Shown: in pieces, positions 37,736-46,563 of the stretch
How positions within the stretch are numbered: position 1 is the stretch's first letter
Layout: each line of letters starts with the position of its first letter
Assembly: GCA_965261195.1 (NCBI GenBank)
Contig: CBDHDC010000001.1
Coordinates: 15,260 to 79,259, forward strand
DNA: 64,000 nt
DNA from: Dehalococcoidia bacterium
Lineage (GTDB): Bacteria; Chloroflexota; Dehalococcoidia; Lucifugimonadales; UBA3495
Direction of reading: 5' to 3'
Made by a program: the position numbers and the translations under genes
The notes under the pieces: generated by a model
Seen by the model: only the letters and a program-made list of their open reading frames with translations
What the model was told of the DNA's origin: nothing
Databases searched by the model: none

Positions 37736-38312
37736 GCTCGTCAAGTACCTGGGCGACCCGCCCACCTACTACGTGTACACCCTGCAGGGAAACATCACCA
37801 TCGGCGCCATCGACAGGATCTACAGCCAGTCCAAGTTCCGCGAGATGGTGGGCGCGGCCACCAACATCGTGATCCCGAAGGTGGCCGGAGCGGCCTGGGA
37901 GAAACGCATCCAGGCGATCCTGAGGCTCGCCGAGGACGTGGATGTCGGCGATGCCAGCCACCCCGTCCAGGAGACCCGGACCTGGATCATGGACTACCTG
38001 ATCGAGCGGTACGTCCGGGACGAGGAGGAGAGGGAGAAGGCCGCCCTCGTCCGGTACCCCTACATGAAGGACGGACTAATCAGGATCTTCCTCGAGGACT
38101 TCAGCAAGTGGCTCGACGTGAACTTCGGAAAGAAGCTGGACAGCCACGAGCTGGCGCGGAAGATGCGGAGGATTGGGGGCGAGCCCGACCACATCAACCT
38201 CACCATCGGGGGCGCCCGGACCAGCCGGAACTGCTGGAAACTCCCGGACAGCTTCCATCCCCCACAGCGGGACCAGGAGGAAAATGAGTCACGGGGAGAC
38301 GCGCCTGAGTAG
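37736..38312 (+). pseudogene. C-terminal fragment of a replication (primase/helicase-type) gene
   Basis: The frame is open from the transposase junction: GITRLVKYLGDPPTYYVYTLQGN...FSKWLDVNFGKKLDSHELARKMRRIGGEPDHINLTIGGARTSRNCWKLP. The family assignment is an inference from the C-terminal pattern only. Confidence 0.35.
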
Positions 38313-38360
38313 CGGGAAGAACCCGGGAAAAACCCCGATCTGAGCGTGAAAAGAAAAAGT

Positions 38361-38612
38361 GAGTAATAGTACACGCGCGCGAAAATATAAAAACGTTTTT
38401 ATAAAAAAACTCCATAACTCCGTAACTCCGTAACTCAAATCTGGGATTTCGTGCTCAAAATAGCCCTTTTTCTGAGTTACGGGGAAGGTCTGCGCCGTAA
38501 CTACCGCAACTCACCCCTTTATATACGCGAGCAGACAATTTGGCCTTGAATGAATGAATAAATTCTCCCCTCCCGCGAGCGGGCATTTATATAGGGGAGA
38601 AAACCCCGGGAA
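38361..38612. promoter_or_regulatory. 252-bp AT-rich iteron block, copy A (ori- or arm-site-like)
   Basis: About 92% identical to 48815-49066. Contains the palindrome ATAAAAACGTTTTTAT, tandem (C)GTAACTC iterons in two pairs plus an inverted copy (GAGTTAC), and TATATA-containing inverted repeats. Confidence 0.7.
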
Positions 38613-38844
38613 CGGCCAAGCCCCGGGGGAAGCGGCAGAGCCGGCCGTGGACCCCACGGAGAGAGAGCCGGAGAATACGCCACAGTGGGTTAAACAGACC
38701 GCAGGGCCGCAGAAAGGACTGTGAGAGCCACAACGAGCAACAGGACGCGCTACGGCGATTCTGGAGCGATGGAGACTCAGGACAGACGGAGACCCAGGAC
38801 ATACTGGGGCGGGAGCGCCCCGGCGTGGAGGAAGTGGAACCAGG

Positions 38845-39042
38845 ATGCAGGAAACCGAGATAACTACCAACGAGTTCAGGGTGGTGGGGCCTCCGGGCTG
38901 CGGAAAAACGACCTGGCTGGGAGACCGGGTGGACGAGGTCGTGGAGGCCACCCGGGCATGCATCCCACGTCCAACCACCGGTCAACGGGCCAACGGGTTG
39001 GAGTCGGTCCTGGCCGAAGATACAATCTGGCCAGCCATCTAG
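38845..39042 (+). pseudogene. N-terminal stub of a P-loop ATPase/helicase gene
   Basis: MQETEITTNEFRVVGPPGCGKTTWLGDRVDEVVEA. The sequence is non-homologous-looking afterwards, with a stop at 65 aa. Confidence 0.35.
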
Positions 39043-39054
39043 CCGGAGACGCTC

Positions 39055-39259
39055 ATGACTGACTGCCCCCTCCAGGACGCCAAGAACAAATTCAGCGCCG
39101 TGGTCGACGCCGCCCTGGCTGGCAGTGGACGAGTACGAACGCCTCTGCCGCTTGGAGAAGGCCAACGCCCCCACGCTGGCGGAGCTGTTGCTGGATATTC
39201 CGCAGGACGACCAGGAATTCGAGCGCATTCCCCTGCCGGCCCGGCCCCTGGACCTGTGA
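39055..39259 (+). pseudogene. vapB: Phd/VapB-type antitoxin with an internal out-of-frame deletion
   Basis: N-terminus LQDAKNKFSAVVDAALAG. The C-terminus is only readable in another frame (DEYERLCRLEKANAPTLAELLLDIPQDDQEFERIPLPARPLDL*). The central beta-strand region is missing. Confidence 0.6.
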
Positions 39260-39686
39260 CGTTTCTGCTGGACACACCGGCACCCTGTCGGCGCAGCGGA
39301 GACAGGACCGGCATCCCGAGGCCGCCCGATGGCTGGCCGCTCAGCAAACGGCCGACCTGCACCTCAGCGTGGTAACCGTGGCCGAGATTCAGAGGGGCAT
39401 CGCCCAGCAGGAGCGGAGCAACCCCAGCTTTGCCCTCGAGCTGGCCGTCTGGCTGTCCAGGGTGCTCACCTGGTACGGCGACCAGATCCTCGCGTTAGAT
39501 GTGCCCACGGCGCAGCGATGGGGAAGGCTCTCCGCTACCCTGGGGCACGACGGCGTGGACCTGATGGTCGCCACCACGGCCCTGGAACATGGCCTCACAG
39601 TGGTGACCCGCAACGTCAAGGACTTCATTCCTACTGGGGCCAGGGTATTCAACCCCTTCGGTGGTCAGGAAGCGACTCCGGCATGA
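39256..39686 (+). pseudogene. vapC: PIN-domain VapC toxin with a frameshift near 39270
   Basis: GTGA overlap with the antitoxin stop. VTFLLDT, then a frame change to ...LSAQRRQDRHPEAARWLAAQQTADLHLSVVTVAEIQRGI...VDLMVATTALEHGLTVVTRNVKDF. Confidence 0.65.
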
Positions 39687-39853
39687 CAAAGGCCATTGCC
39701 CTGACGGCACCGCCGGCCGCCTGGCCGGAGCTGCCCATCCCCCAGTCCGTGCAGATCATCGCCGTCGACGCCGAGGGCAAACCCACCCTTGACCTGGCGT
39801 CGCATTACCCCGGCCCCTCAATCGCCACCCCCGACGAGGCCTATAGCATCTGA
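39683..39853 (+). CDS. small hypothetical ORF (56 aa), ATGA-coupled to the vapC stop
   Basis: ATG 39683 overlaps TGA 39684-39686. MTKAIALTAPPAAWPELPIPQSVQIIAVDAEGKPTLDL... Confidence 0.3.
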   Translation: MTKAIALTAPPAAWPELPIPQSVQIIAVDAEGKPTLDLASHYPGPSIATPDEAYSI

Positions 39854-40011
39854 GGTAACCTGGATCTTCTGGCCGATCAGAGGATTGAAGCCTGCGCGGT
39901 CACTGGACGGGCTATCTATGCTAGGCTCAAAGCAATTACCTACAGGAGGGCATCGGCAACTGCTCCAGCACCCGCACCACTAAACTCCTCCCACCAATCC
40001 TCCGATATGTT

Positions 40012-40046
40012 CATATTTAGATATATCATTAGTTAAACATTAAGAT
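40012..40046 (-). promoter_or_regulatory. AT-rich about 30-bp operator-like motif, copy a (inverted)
   Basis: The reverse complement ATCTTAATGTTTAACTAATGATATATCTAAATATG matches 43153-43187 at about 28/35 positions. Confidence 0.5.
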
Positions 40047-40064
40047 GTCAATATAAAGCAGCTA

Positions 40065-40179
40065 GTAGTCAGTCAACCGTGAAATCGCAGTATCCTTGGA
40101 ACAGCGTAACCCCAGAGTGATTGTCCAACCGGTCTTGCCGGGGCCACTGAACCCTTTGATTCCAAACATGACTGAGTAC
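40065..40179. mobile_element. IS630-type MITE, family M1, second copy
   Basis: GTAGTCAGTCAACCGTGAAATCGCAG...TTCCAAACATGACTGAGTAC, TA on both sides within CTAG. Confidence 0.85.
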
Positions 40180-40299
40180 TAGCTGAGCGCGTCTCGCCAT
40201 ATCAAAGAACACAGGATTTTCTCAGGTTACTCGTTGGGCAGACCCACTCAGGAAGCCGATTCAGCGACCATTGCTGCACTTCAGGTTTGAGGAGCAGCA

Positions 40300-40650
40300 A
40301 TGGAGTACCTGGAGGTGAACCGAGTGGAAACTACGGAAGTGATCCGGCTCTACCGGTCGGGAACGGGAGTTTCCCGGGATACGGAGCGAAAGTCCATCGC
40401 GGCAGCGAAGGAGGCGGGGATGGCCTGGAATGAGCCGGTTCCCACCGAGGAGCAGTTGAGCAGGCTGGCGGGAATCAGCGAGCCAGCCCCCGGGTCTACT
40501 AGATATCCTACGCATCGCTGCAGCGGTTCTTCCTGAGCCGCCGCCAGTTGCGCTGCAGTCTGAGCACGGTCCGGATGGAAGCGACCGCTCGGGGAGAGGT
40601 GGCGGAACTGGACTGCGGCTGTCCGGGCCGGTCATCAGCGACCATCGCAT
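40300..40650 (+). pseudogene. 5' fragment of an IS21-family istA transposase, frameshifted, then cut by a MITE
   Basis: HTH region MEYLEVNRVETTEVIRLYRSGTGVSRDTERKSIAAAKEAG...PTEEQLSRLAG. It continues in another frame (SLQRFFLSRRQLRCSLSTVRMEATARGEVAELDCG) up to the V1 MITE at 40683. Confidence 0.5.
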
Positions 40651-40682
40651 TTCAAATCACCAGATGGTCATCGAAGGCTCTA

Positions 40683-40827
40683 AACCAAAGCCAAGGTGAA
40701 ATGCGCAGATGGTGAGGGTCAGACGACGGAGCCGGGGCATTCTCCAAGGACGGATGAAGGGATTCACCGGCGCAACCCAGCTGATCATCATCGCCACTTA
40801 AATGTACATCCCACCTTGGCTTTAGTT
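40683..40827. mobile_element. MITE, V family subtype V1
   Basis: C-TA-AACCAAAGCCAAGGTGAAATG...GTACATCCCACCTTGGCTTTAGTT-TA-G. Confidence 0.85.
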
Positions 40828-40954
40828 TAGCTACCAAGAGCGTCTGTCCCCGGACCGGGCCCGGATAGGCCCGAAAGGAGTCACACCCAGGGAGTAACCC
40901 GATATTAGGCTGAATCGAGCACAGGATGGACTGATACTCGTGAAAATTGACAAG

Positions 40955-41110
40955 GTGCCCCTAGCCGTTAAAAGGCTATGGACAGCCGGGAAACGGCAGG
41001 AGAAGTAGTCGTATTCAATCAAATAATCGATTATGAATATTGATACTACTACTACTGTTCGTAGCCGTTTGACAGCCGGGGATAGCCGTCAAACGGCTAT
41101 GGCTGGCTCC
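40955..41110. promoter_or_regulatory. iteron / hairpin cluster 3' of the Rep gene (candidate origin)
   Basis: TAGCCGTTAAAAGGCTATGGACAGCCGGG, TAGCCGTTTGACAGCCGGGG and ATAGCCGTCAAACGGCTATGG (AGCCGT..ACGGCT hairpins, GACAGCCGGG twice). An AT-rich stretch and a (TAC)4 run lie between them. Confidence 0.55.
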
Positions 41111-41431
41111 GGTGCTTACGGTCTTGGAGGTGCGGAGACCAAGTTAGGTCCAGGGATGAATTGGATTCGGGTATGGAGATGGGGTGACAGGAGGATTCTG
41201 GGGGCCGGTTCGAGTCGGTTCGACCGTTGACCAGAAGATAGGGGCTGGTGAGTGGAAATCACAAGCCGGTAGATAGATGGCGCGCAGTTCAGTTCAGTCT
41301 TCAGAGCCGACGAGACCCTGCTCGTATGGCCAGCATGACCTTTCAGGTCGTCCTTATGCAGCGCCCACGCTAACCATGGGCGCTGCATATCGCTATACCG
41401 AAGGATATTGGTGGTTACAGGCGGGCAGGCG

Positions 41432-42637
41432 TCAACCTTCAGCCGTTGGGGTGTGTTCGTAAGCCGGGGGAATGGTGTCAGCATCAGGCTGGACGGAGTT
41501 CTGATCTCCTGCGGGTTGACCGGCTTTGTCATGGCCATTTCCGGCTCGGATGTCGAGCATGAGATTTAGGCCTGACGTCCGTTCCAGCGCACTTTCGAGG
41601 TCTTTGAACATCCGGCGCTCCAGCCATGCAGCGGCCAATCCCGGGGCTGCGATGATGAAAACATCGCCATCGCGGGCTATACCCACGGTGTTCTTCACCC
41701 AAGCTTTAAAAGTGGGCTCTGGCAGTTGTTTCCGGATGTCTTCCAGCACCAAATCCCACATGGCTTTGGCCTCAGGGTCTGCTTCGGGAGGCTCAATCCA
41801 AGCCTGCTCAGGGGTAGGTTCCGGCGGATGCTGTCGGGGCTGGTCCCCGGCGTAGTCTGGGAGTCGGTTGGCGGTCTGCTGTTCTTTGATTGCTAGGACG
41901 TTGGTGATCTGGGCTTCCAGCTCATCGGGGTATTTCCTGTACCAAGCGATGGCGGTGTTGATGCCCTGCTTCCAGCTCTGGCCGAGATCGGGCCAGTGTT
42001 TACGGACCCTGGCGTCGATGTCGTTGGGGGTTGGGGACTGGGAGGGCACTTGGGCAGGTGGCGCGGCGGTGGTTAGTGGTGGCATTGGACTTTCAGTTGC
42101 CGCGTCCGGAGTTTGCGTATCGGCCGGGGTGTAATCCGGACCCGTTCCCCAGTTGGAGGTGGCTGTCGCGTCGCTGAGTGAGGAGCCGAGCCGGTCCTCG
42201 ACGAGGTCTTGAATCCGTAGACGGTAGGCTGCGAAGAGCTGTCCGGTCTCCCTGGAATTCTTCTCACGGGGCTGCCAGCTGTTGAGAATTCCGGACAGCC
42301 GGTAGACGTTGGACTGGTTGGGTTCCCCGGGAGCTCCTGGCCGCTGCTGCACGGAGATCAAGCCGAGGCTGGTCAGGTGTTGGATCGCGACTTTGATGGT
42401 GGAGGTTCCGGCAGCGTCGATGGCATCGGCGATGGTTCTATGTGAGGGCCAGGCGATGCCGTCGGCGTTGGCGTAGCGTGAGATGGCGATGAGGACGGCT
42501 CGGGTGGTGATGCTCAGGCGCGGGCCGGTGTTGGTGGCCCAGTTCACGATGGTGTCCAGGCCGATGGGTATGGTGATGGAACCGGAGGTCGAAAAGTCTT
42601 GAGAATTCGGCGCAAATGCGTTAATATTAGTGGGCAT
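41432..42637 (-). CDS. replication initiator-like protein (N-terminal winged helix + C-terminal DnaA_N-like domain)
   Basis: RAVLIAISRYANADGIAWPSHRTIADAIDAAGTSTIKVAIQHLTSLGLISV (Rep-type wHTH). C-terminus: MWDLVLEDIRKQLPEPTFKAWVKNTVGIARDGDVFIIAAPGLAAAWLERRMFKDLESAL (DnaA N-terminal domain pattern). Confidence 0.65.
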   Translation of the reverse strand: MPTNINAFAPNSQDFSTSGSITIPIGLDTIVNWATNTGPRLSITTRAVLIAISRYANADGIAWPSHRTIADAIDAAGTSTIKVAIQHLTSLGLISVQQRPGAPGEPNQSNVYRLSGILNSWQPREKNSRETGQLFAAYRLRIQDLVEDRLGSSLSDATATSNWGTGPDYTPADTQTPDAATESPMPPLTTAAPPAQVPSQSPTPNDIDARVRKHWPDLGQSWKQGINTAIAWYRKYPDELEAQITNVLAIKEQQTANRLPDYAGDQPRQHPPEPTPEQAWIEPPEADPEAKAMWDLVLEDIRKQLPEPTFKAWVKNTVGIARDGDVFIIAAPGLAAAWLERRMFKDLESALERTSGLNLMLDIRAGNGHDKAGQPAGDQNSVQPDADTIPPAYEHTPTAEG

Positions 42638-43157
42638 GGCAGGCTCCTTTCTGCTATGCGATGGCTCAGCCGCTGAGAGAGATTTGCGGCGGGGCCCGGC
42701 ACTTTTCGAGCAGCCTGCCGAGTGGAACCGGTGGGCTGTTCTACTTTTATGCCGACATTATGTGATGTGCGGATTATACCAAGTGATGTCGGTGCATGGT
42801 AGTCCAATTTACCGTCCTCGGGCCGTTTCCCCTGATAAATTATTGCTGACAGGGGTCTGACACCCGCCGAATCCGTCCTGCCCCGGCATTTTTGCCGGGT
42901 GTCTGGTGTGGCCGGGGGGTGCTTGACCATTGCGCGAGCAGAGTCTGACCGAGCGTGAGTACACATCCACAGGGTGTCATGGTTCTAATCTCTAATGGGT
43001 GAGCTGAAAACCGTTTGCTGGGCCGAAGATGTTCAGGCAAACGTCCATATAGACGGGAATAGCATTCCACCAGGACCTGTTGGCGATTGCCGGAAGGGCA
43101 GACGGTGTGTTGTGGGTATCAGACTATCCAGTCATGACGATCGAGACACGATATCTT

Positions 43158-43185
43158 AATGTCTAACTGACGTTATATCTAAATG
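43158..43185 (+). promoter_or_regulatory. AT-rich operator-like motif, copy b
   Basis: AATGTCTAACTGACGTTATATCTAAATG, preceded by ATATCTTAATG (an internal direct repeat ATATCT(T)AAATG). Confidence 0.5.
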
Positions 43186-43202
43186 GTTATATATAACCAA
43201 GA

Positions 43203-43475
43203 TTAGGATGGGGTCCATGCGGGTGATCCCAGGCAGGCCGTCGAAGTTGGTGTCTGCGCCGGGATCATGGGCCGCCTCCACCCCAGGCTGATCAGCTGCT
43301 CGATGGCCGGCCTCCGCCGCTCGTTCAGGATGCTTTCGCAAGCGTCGTTAATCAGACGGCGCATTTCGTCGGAGATGGGAACTCCCTTCTCCCTGGCCAT
43401 CTCTCCGAATCGCCGTCGCTTCGGATCCAACCATACATCAGTCGGCTTGCCATGGTGTTTTCCCTTTATGGACAC
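43203..43475 (-). CDS. putative RHH-type small DNA-binding protein
   Basis: KPTDVWLDPKRRRFGEMAREKGVPISDEMRRLINDACESIL has the strand-helix-helix layout. The start is uncertain (GTG 43475 or ATG 43400). Confidence 0.35.
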   Translation of the reverse strand: MSIKGKHHGKPTDVWLDPKRRRFGEMAREKGVPISDEMRRLINDACESILNERRRPAIEQLISLGWRRPMIPAQTPTSTACLGSPAWTPS

Positions 43476-43870
43476 TTGTGTGGATTCGATTATCCGTCTC
43501 CGGCCCCGGTGGGACTCCAAATAACCGAGGACGGGGCCGAGCCCCCGGGATCCAGACCACCTCGCCCTGCGGACGCAGGCGTGAAGGAGAATCCCTCGAG
43601 AGTTGCACAAACGCGGGCCCCTGCTCTACCATGCTTACATGGCCGCACAAACACCGGCCATCGGAGTTGAAGACGGGTTCGGGCATTCCATGTCCATGAC
43701 GTGCAAGCCGAGGAGCATGGGCATTGGCCTCACCGATGAGGGATACAAGGCCTCTGCATCACGAGGGTAGACCGGAAGACAACGCACCAGGACTCCTTCA
43801 TCCTGCTGGACGACTTCATGAAGCGGGAGCCGAAGCACTTGGTTTAGCCGCCCTCCGAAGGAGCAGTAAT

Positions 43871-44542
43871 ATGGGTCCAGCGGAACTCTCTCTGATCCAG
43901 GGCCCGGGAGAATGGCCCCCCAGGGACTGGCCCGCTTGCCCCGACGGGGTTAGGTACCTGGCTGCTCTCCAGGCCTATGACCGGATGATGGCCAACTATC
44001 AAGAGTTCATGGACGAGTCGCCGCCCCGGCTGAGCGATGATGCCTTGGTCGTCATGGGCATGGTGGCATGCGCATGGGAATGCACAAAATATCCTCAAGT
44101 CGTTTGCCCCGGTCTGGAAAGCGACCTGCTCGACCTCAGCACCACGAAATTCATCAGGGCGCTGAGCGAGGAGATATTCGCATGGCACATTGGGTTGATC
44201 ATACTGACGGAGAACGGCTTGGACGAGACCCTGGCTGAGTTCGCCGTTCTGAGTCGCGACCCCGAATGGATGGGGTTGTCGCCGATTCTCCCGAAGCTCG
44301 CTGGCATGGATGTGACGGTCACCTGCTACCTACAGGGATATCCGATGGTAATAACGGCCATGCTGCCCGAACACATGGACCCCTACGTCCGTACAGTCCT
44401 CCAGAACTCCCGGATGCCGGAGGAACAGCGGAACGAAGAGAACTGGGTACTGGAGCAGGTGCTGCGCTACCACGGGGCAAAGCCCTATTTCATGCGCACG
44501 AACTCAGCCAGCGAAATCGGGGCTTTGCTGGATGCGGAGTAA
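43871..44542 (+). CDS. unknown-family protein, paralogue 2 of 3
   Basis: ATG 43871. LSRDPEWMGLSPILP and the C-terminal VLEQVLRYHG match LYRDPEWAGLNQNLP/...MTWR (48190..48762) and LYRDAGWVGLNEQLP/...VMRWHG (31286..32002). Confidence 0.6.
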   Translation: MGPAELSLIQGPGEWPPRDWPACPDGVRYLAALQAYDRMMANYQEFMDESPPRLSDDALVVMGMVACAWECTKYPQVVCPGLESDLLDLSTTKFIRALSEEIFAWHIGLIILTENGLDETLAEFAVLSRDPEWMGLSPILPKLAGMDVTVTCYLQGYPMVITAMLPEHMDPYVRTVLQNSRMPEEQRNEENWVLEQVLRYHGAKPYFMRTNSASEIGALLDAE

Positions 44543-44924
44543 GCCGGTGGGTCTGAACCGGCACCGGCGGATGGAGGTACGGTCCGGACGACCGAGCCCG
44601 GCATTCCGGTGGACGCTCCCCCAGGACGTGATGACGCGGCCCCTCGGTTGTTGGCGGAGATTGCCGCCGGGGTTAGCATGGCATGACGGGGCATCATAAC
44701 TCCTCATCGACGCCAGCAGATTGGGCGCAAACCCGATCACTGCAAATTCAGCCCAAGGTTTGGCCTGACTACTGCCGATTGAACCGGTGGCCCAGTCCGG
44801 CAACTTAGACCGCCTCTCGGATGATAGAAGAGCATCGGCGGCAGGCCCGCATATCATGGTTGGGGTACTAGCCGTCCCTCAGTTAGGCAGCGGCGTGAGC
44901 CTGAGCCTCTCCTCGGATGTGCCG

Positions 44925-45206
44925 TTAACCCGTCGCAGCCCCCAAGCCGAGGTTGTGCTCCCTGAGTATCTGGTCCACAGCGGGCTGCAGTGCTCGGATG
45001 ATAAACTCTCGTTGCGTAACACCCGACAGGGTTGCGGCTAACTTCAGCTGAGCCGAGAACTCATCCGACATCCTGACACTGACCAGCCGGTAGCTATCGC
45101 TATCTGCGTCCACAGTTGGCTTGGGACCAGGGCGAGTGCCCGGTCCACTTGCGGATTGTCGAGGTGTCTTGTTTCTACTGTCTCTTCGCCTGATGTCCAT
45201 ATTCAT
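44925..45206 (-). CDS. ParG-like RHH partition/centromere-binding protein
   Basis: ATGA overlap with the parA stop (45203-45206). C-terminal RHH: YRLVSVRMSDEFSAQLKLAATLSGVTQREFIIRALQPAVDQIL. Confidence 0.6.
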   Translation of the reverse strand: MNMDIRRRDSRNKTPRQSASGPGTRPGPKPTVDADSDSYRLVSVRMSDEFSAQLKLAATLSGVTQREFIIRALQPAVDQILREHNLGLGAATG

Positions 45207-45868
45207 AATAGTTTATCCTTCGGCAACTCTTCTGAGAATACCAACTGGTAGACTGCGGCAATCTCCTCTGAACCTTTCGGGTCCCGCGGCCGGTATTCGT
45301 TCACCAGCAGACCTGCCGGCACCGCTCGCCTGATTGATGAGCGCTCACGAATTACCAAATCTGACACCTTGATGTCGCGGCAGCCCTGCAGTGCTGACAT
45401 GGCTGCGTCAAGGTCGCGGCTGGCATGATGAGGCGAAGCGCGGTTTAGCACCGCCCTTACTACCAGGTGGTCATTGACTTGAAGGGCATCACCCGTCAGC
45501 TCGTCCAGCAACCCCACCGTCCAGATGTCCAGGCCGTTGGGTTGCACCGGCACGATGGCAGCATCAGCAACACGCAGAACATTTTCAATCGCTGGACCGT
45601 CGCCCGACCCTATATCGACTATGGTATCGTCGTATCGACGTGCCAGATCTGTGATCGCGCGTCGCAGCCCGCCGTCAAACTTCTGCACCGCAGCTGGTGC
45701 TTCACGCTGATGCTCGTGCCTTGACTCGACCCAAAGGCTGGAACTACCCTGCCGGTCGGCGTCAACCAGCATCACGTCTCTGCCAGCGCTCACTCGCCAG
45801 CCGGCCAGATGCACCGCAACTGTGGTCTTGCCGGTTCCCCCCTTCTCGCCGACCACTGCGACAATCAT
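45203..45868 (-). CDS. parA: ParA/Soj-family partition ATPase
   Basis: Deviant Walker A MIVAVVGEKGGTGKTTVAVHLA, then VMLVDADRQGSS and a D-rich Walker B region. Confidence 0.85.
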   Translation of the reverse strand: MIVAVVGEKGGTGKTTVAVHLAGWRVSAGRDVMLVDADRQGSSSLWVESRHEHQREAPAAVQKFDGGLRRAITDLARRYDDTIVDIGSGDGPAIENVLRVADAAIVPVQPNGLDIWTVGLLDELTGDALQVNDHLVVRAVLNRASPHHASRDLDAAMSALQGCRDIKVSDLVIRERSSIRRAVPAGLLVNEYRPRDPKGSEEIAAVYQLVFSEELPKDKLL

Positions 45869-45907
45869 ATCTCACCTGCATTTCGTTTCATAATATTTTA
45901 ATGTAAG

Positions 45908-45935
45908 AATGTCTAACTAACCAAATATCTAAATG
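45908..45935 (+). promoter_or_regulatory. AT-rich operator-like motif, copy c, 40 bp upstream of parA
   Basis: AATGTCTAACTAACCAAATATCTAAATG, preceded by ATATTTTAATG. Confidence 0.5.
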
Positions 45936-46563
45936 TTTGCATCGCTAAATATTTTACTACATCCTGTTGTCGTGCAGAAAGGCATTGGAAGAGCGAGAAA
46001 TACTGATTCTGTTGCAGTTGGCAGGGGATTCATGCGGCGTGGAAACCCCGGACAGGAACCCGGCCCTGCTGCTTGGATCCTGATACCGGTACGACTTCGG
46101 GACGTTCAACGCCTTTTCAATGCCAGCGTTAACTGGAGGACATTGATACCCGGGCTGGCAGAACCTCGGGCCACTAGGACAAACCTTTGCCCCGATATTT
46201 TGGGCGCCCTATCGGATAAATCTGTTGACGGCCACCACCCAGGCTGGTGCAAGACTGGATACGCGGCGCTTGGCGGTTGCCCACCGGCATCAACAGCATG
46301 GGCCGCGAGCGTGAGCCGCCCGGGACTGAATGCGCCACTGGGCGCCCAATTTCCGGTGGTCAGCTTCGGAGGTGATACCGCTGGCCTACGAGGAAACCTG
46401 GGAGCACCGGTACACCGCGGCCGAGACCTGGAGGATTGCCGCCAGCGGGTACCAGTTACGTTGTATCTGCGGCGACTGAAGGGTCGGCTTCGCCGGGCCG
46501 TGGTAGCCGGGGCCCGCACCCGATGTCGGTGGACCGTCGGCGAAGGTCTCGGGGGACGCCCTG

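Noticed and set aside
39055-39067. A 12-nt match (ATGACTGACTGC) at the vapB start to the M2 MITE terminus (35990-36001).
   Set aside because: It is too short, has no TA flank and has no adjoining MITE sequence. It is probably coincidence or an unrecognisable remnant.
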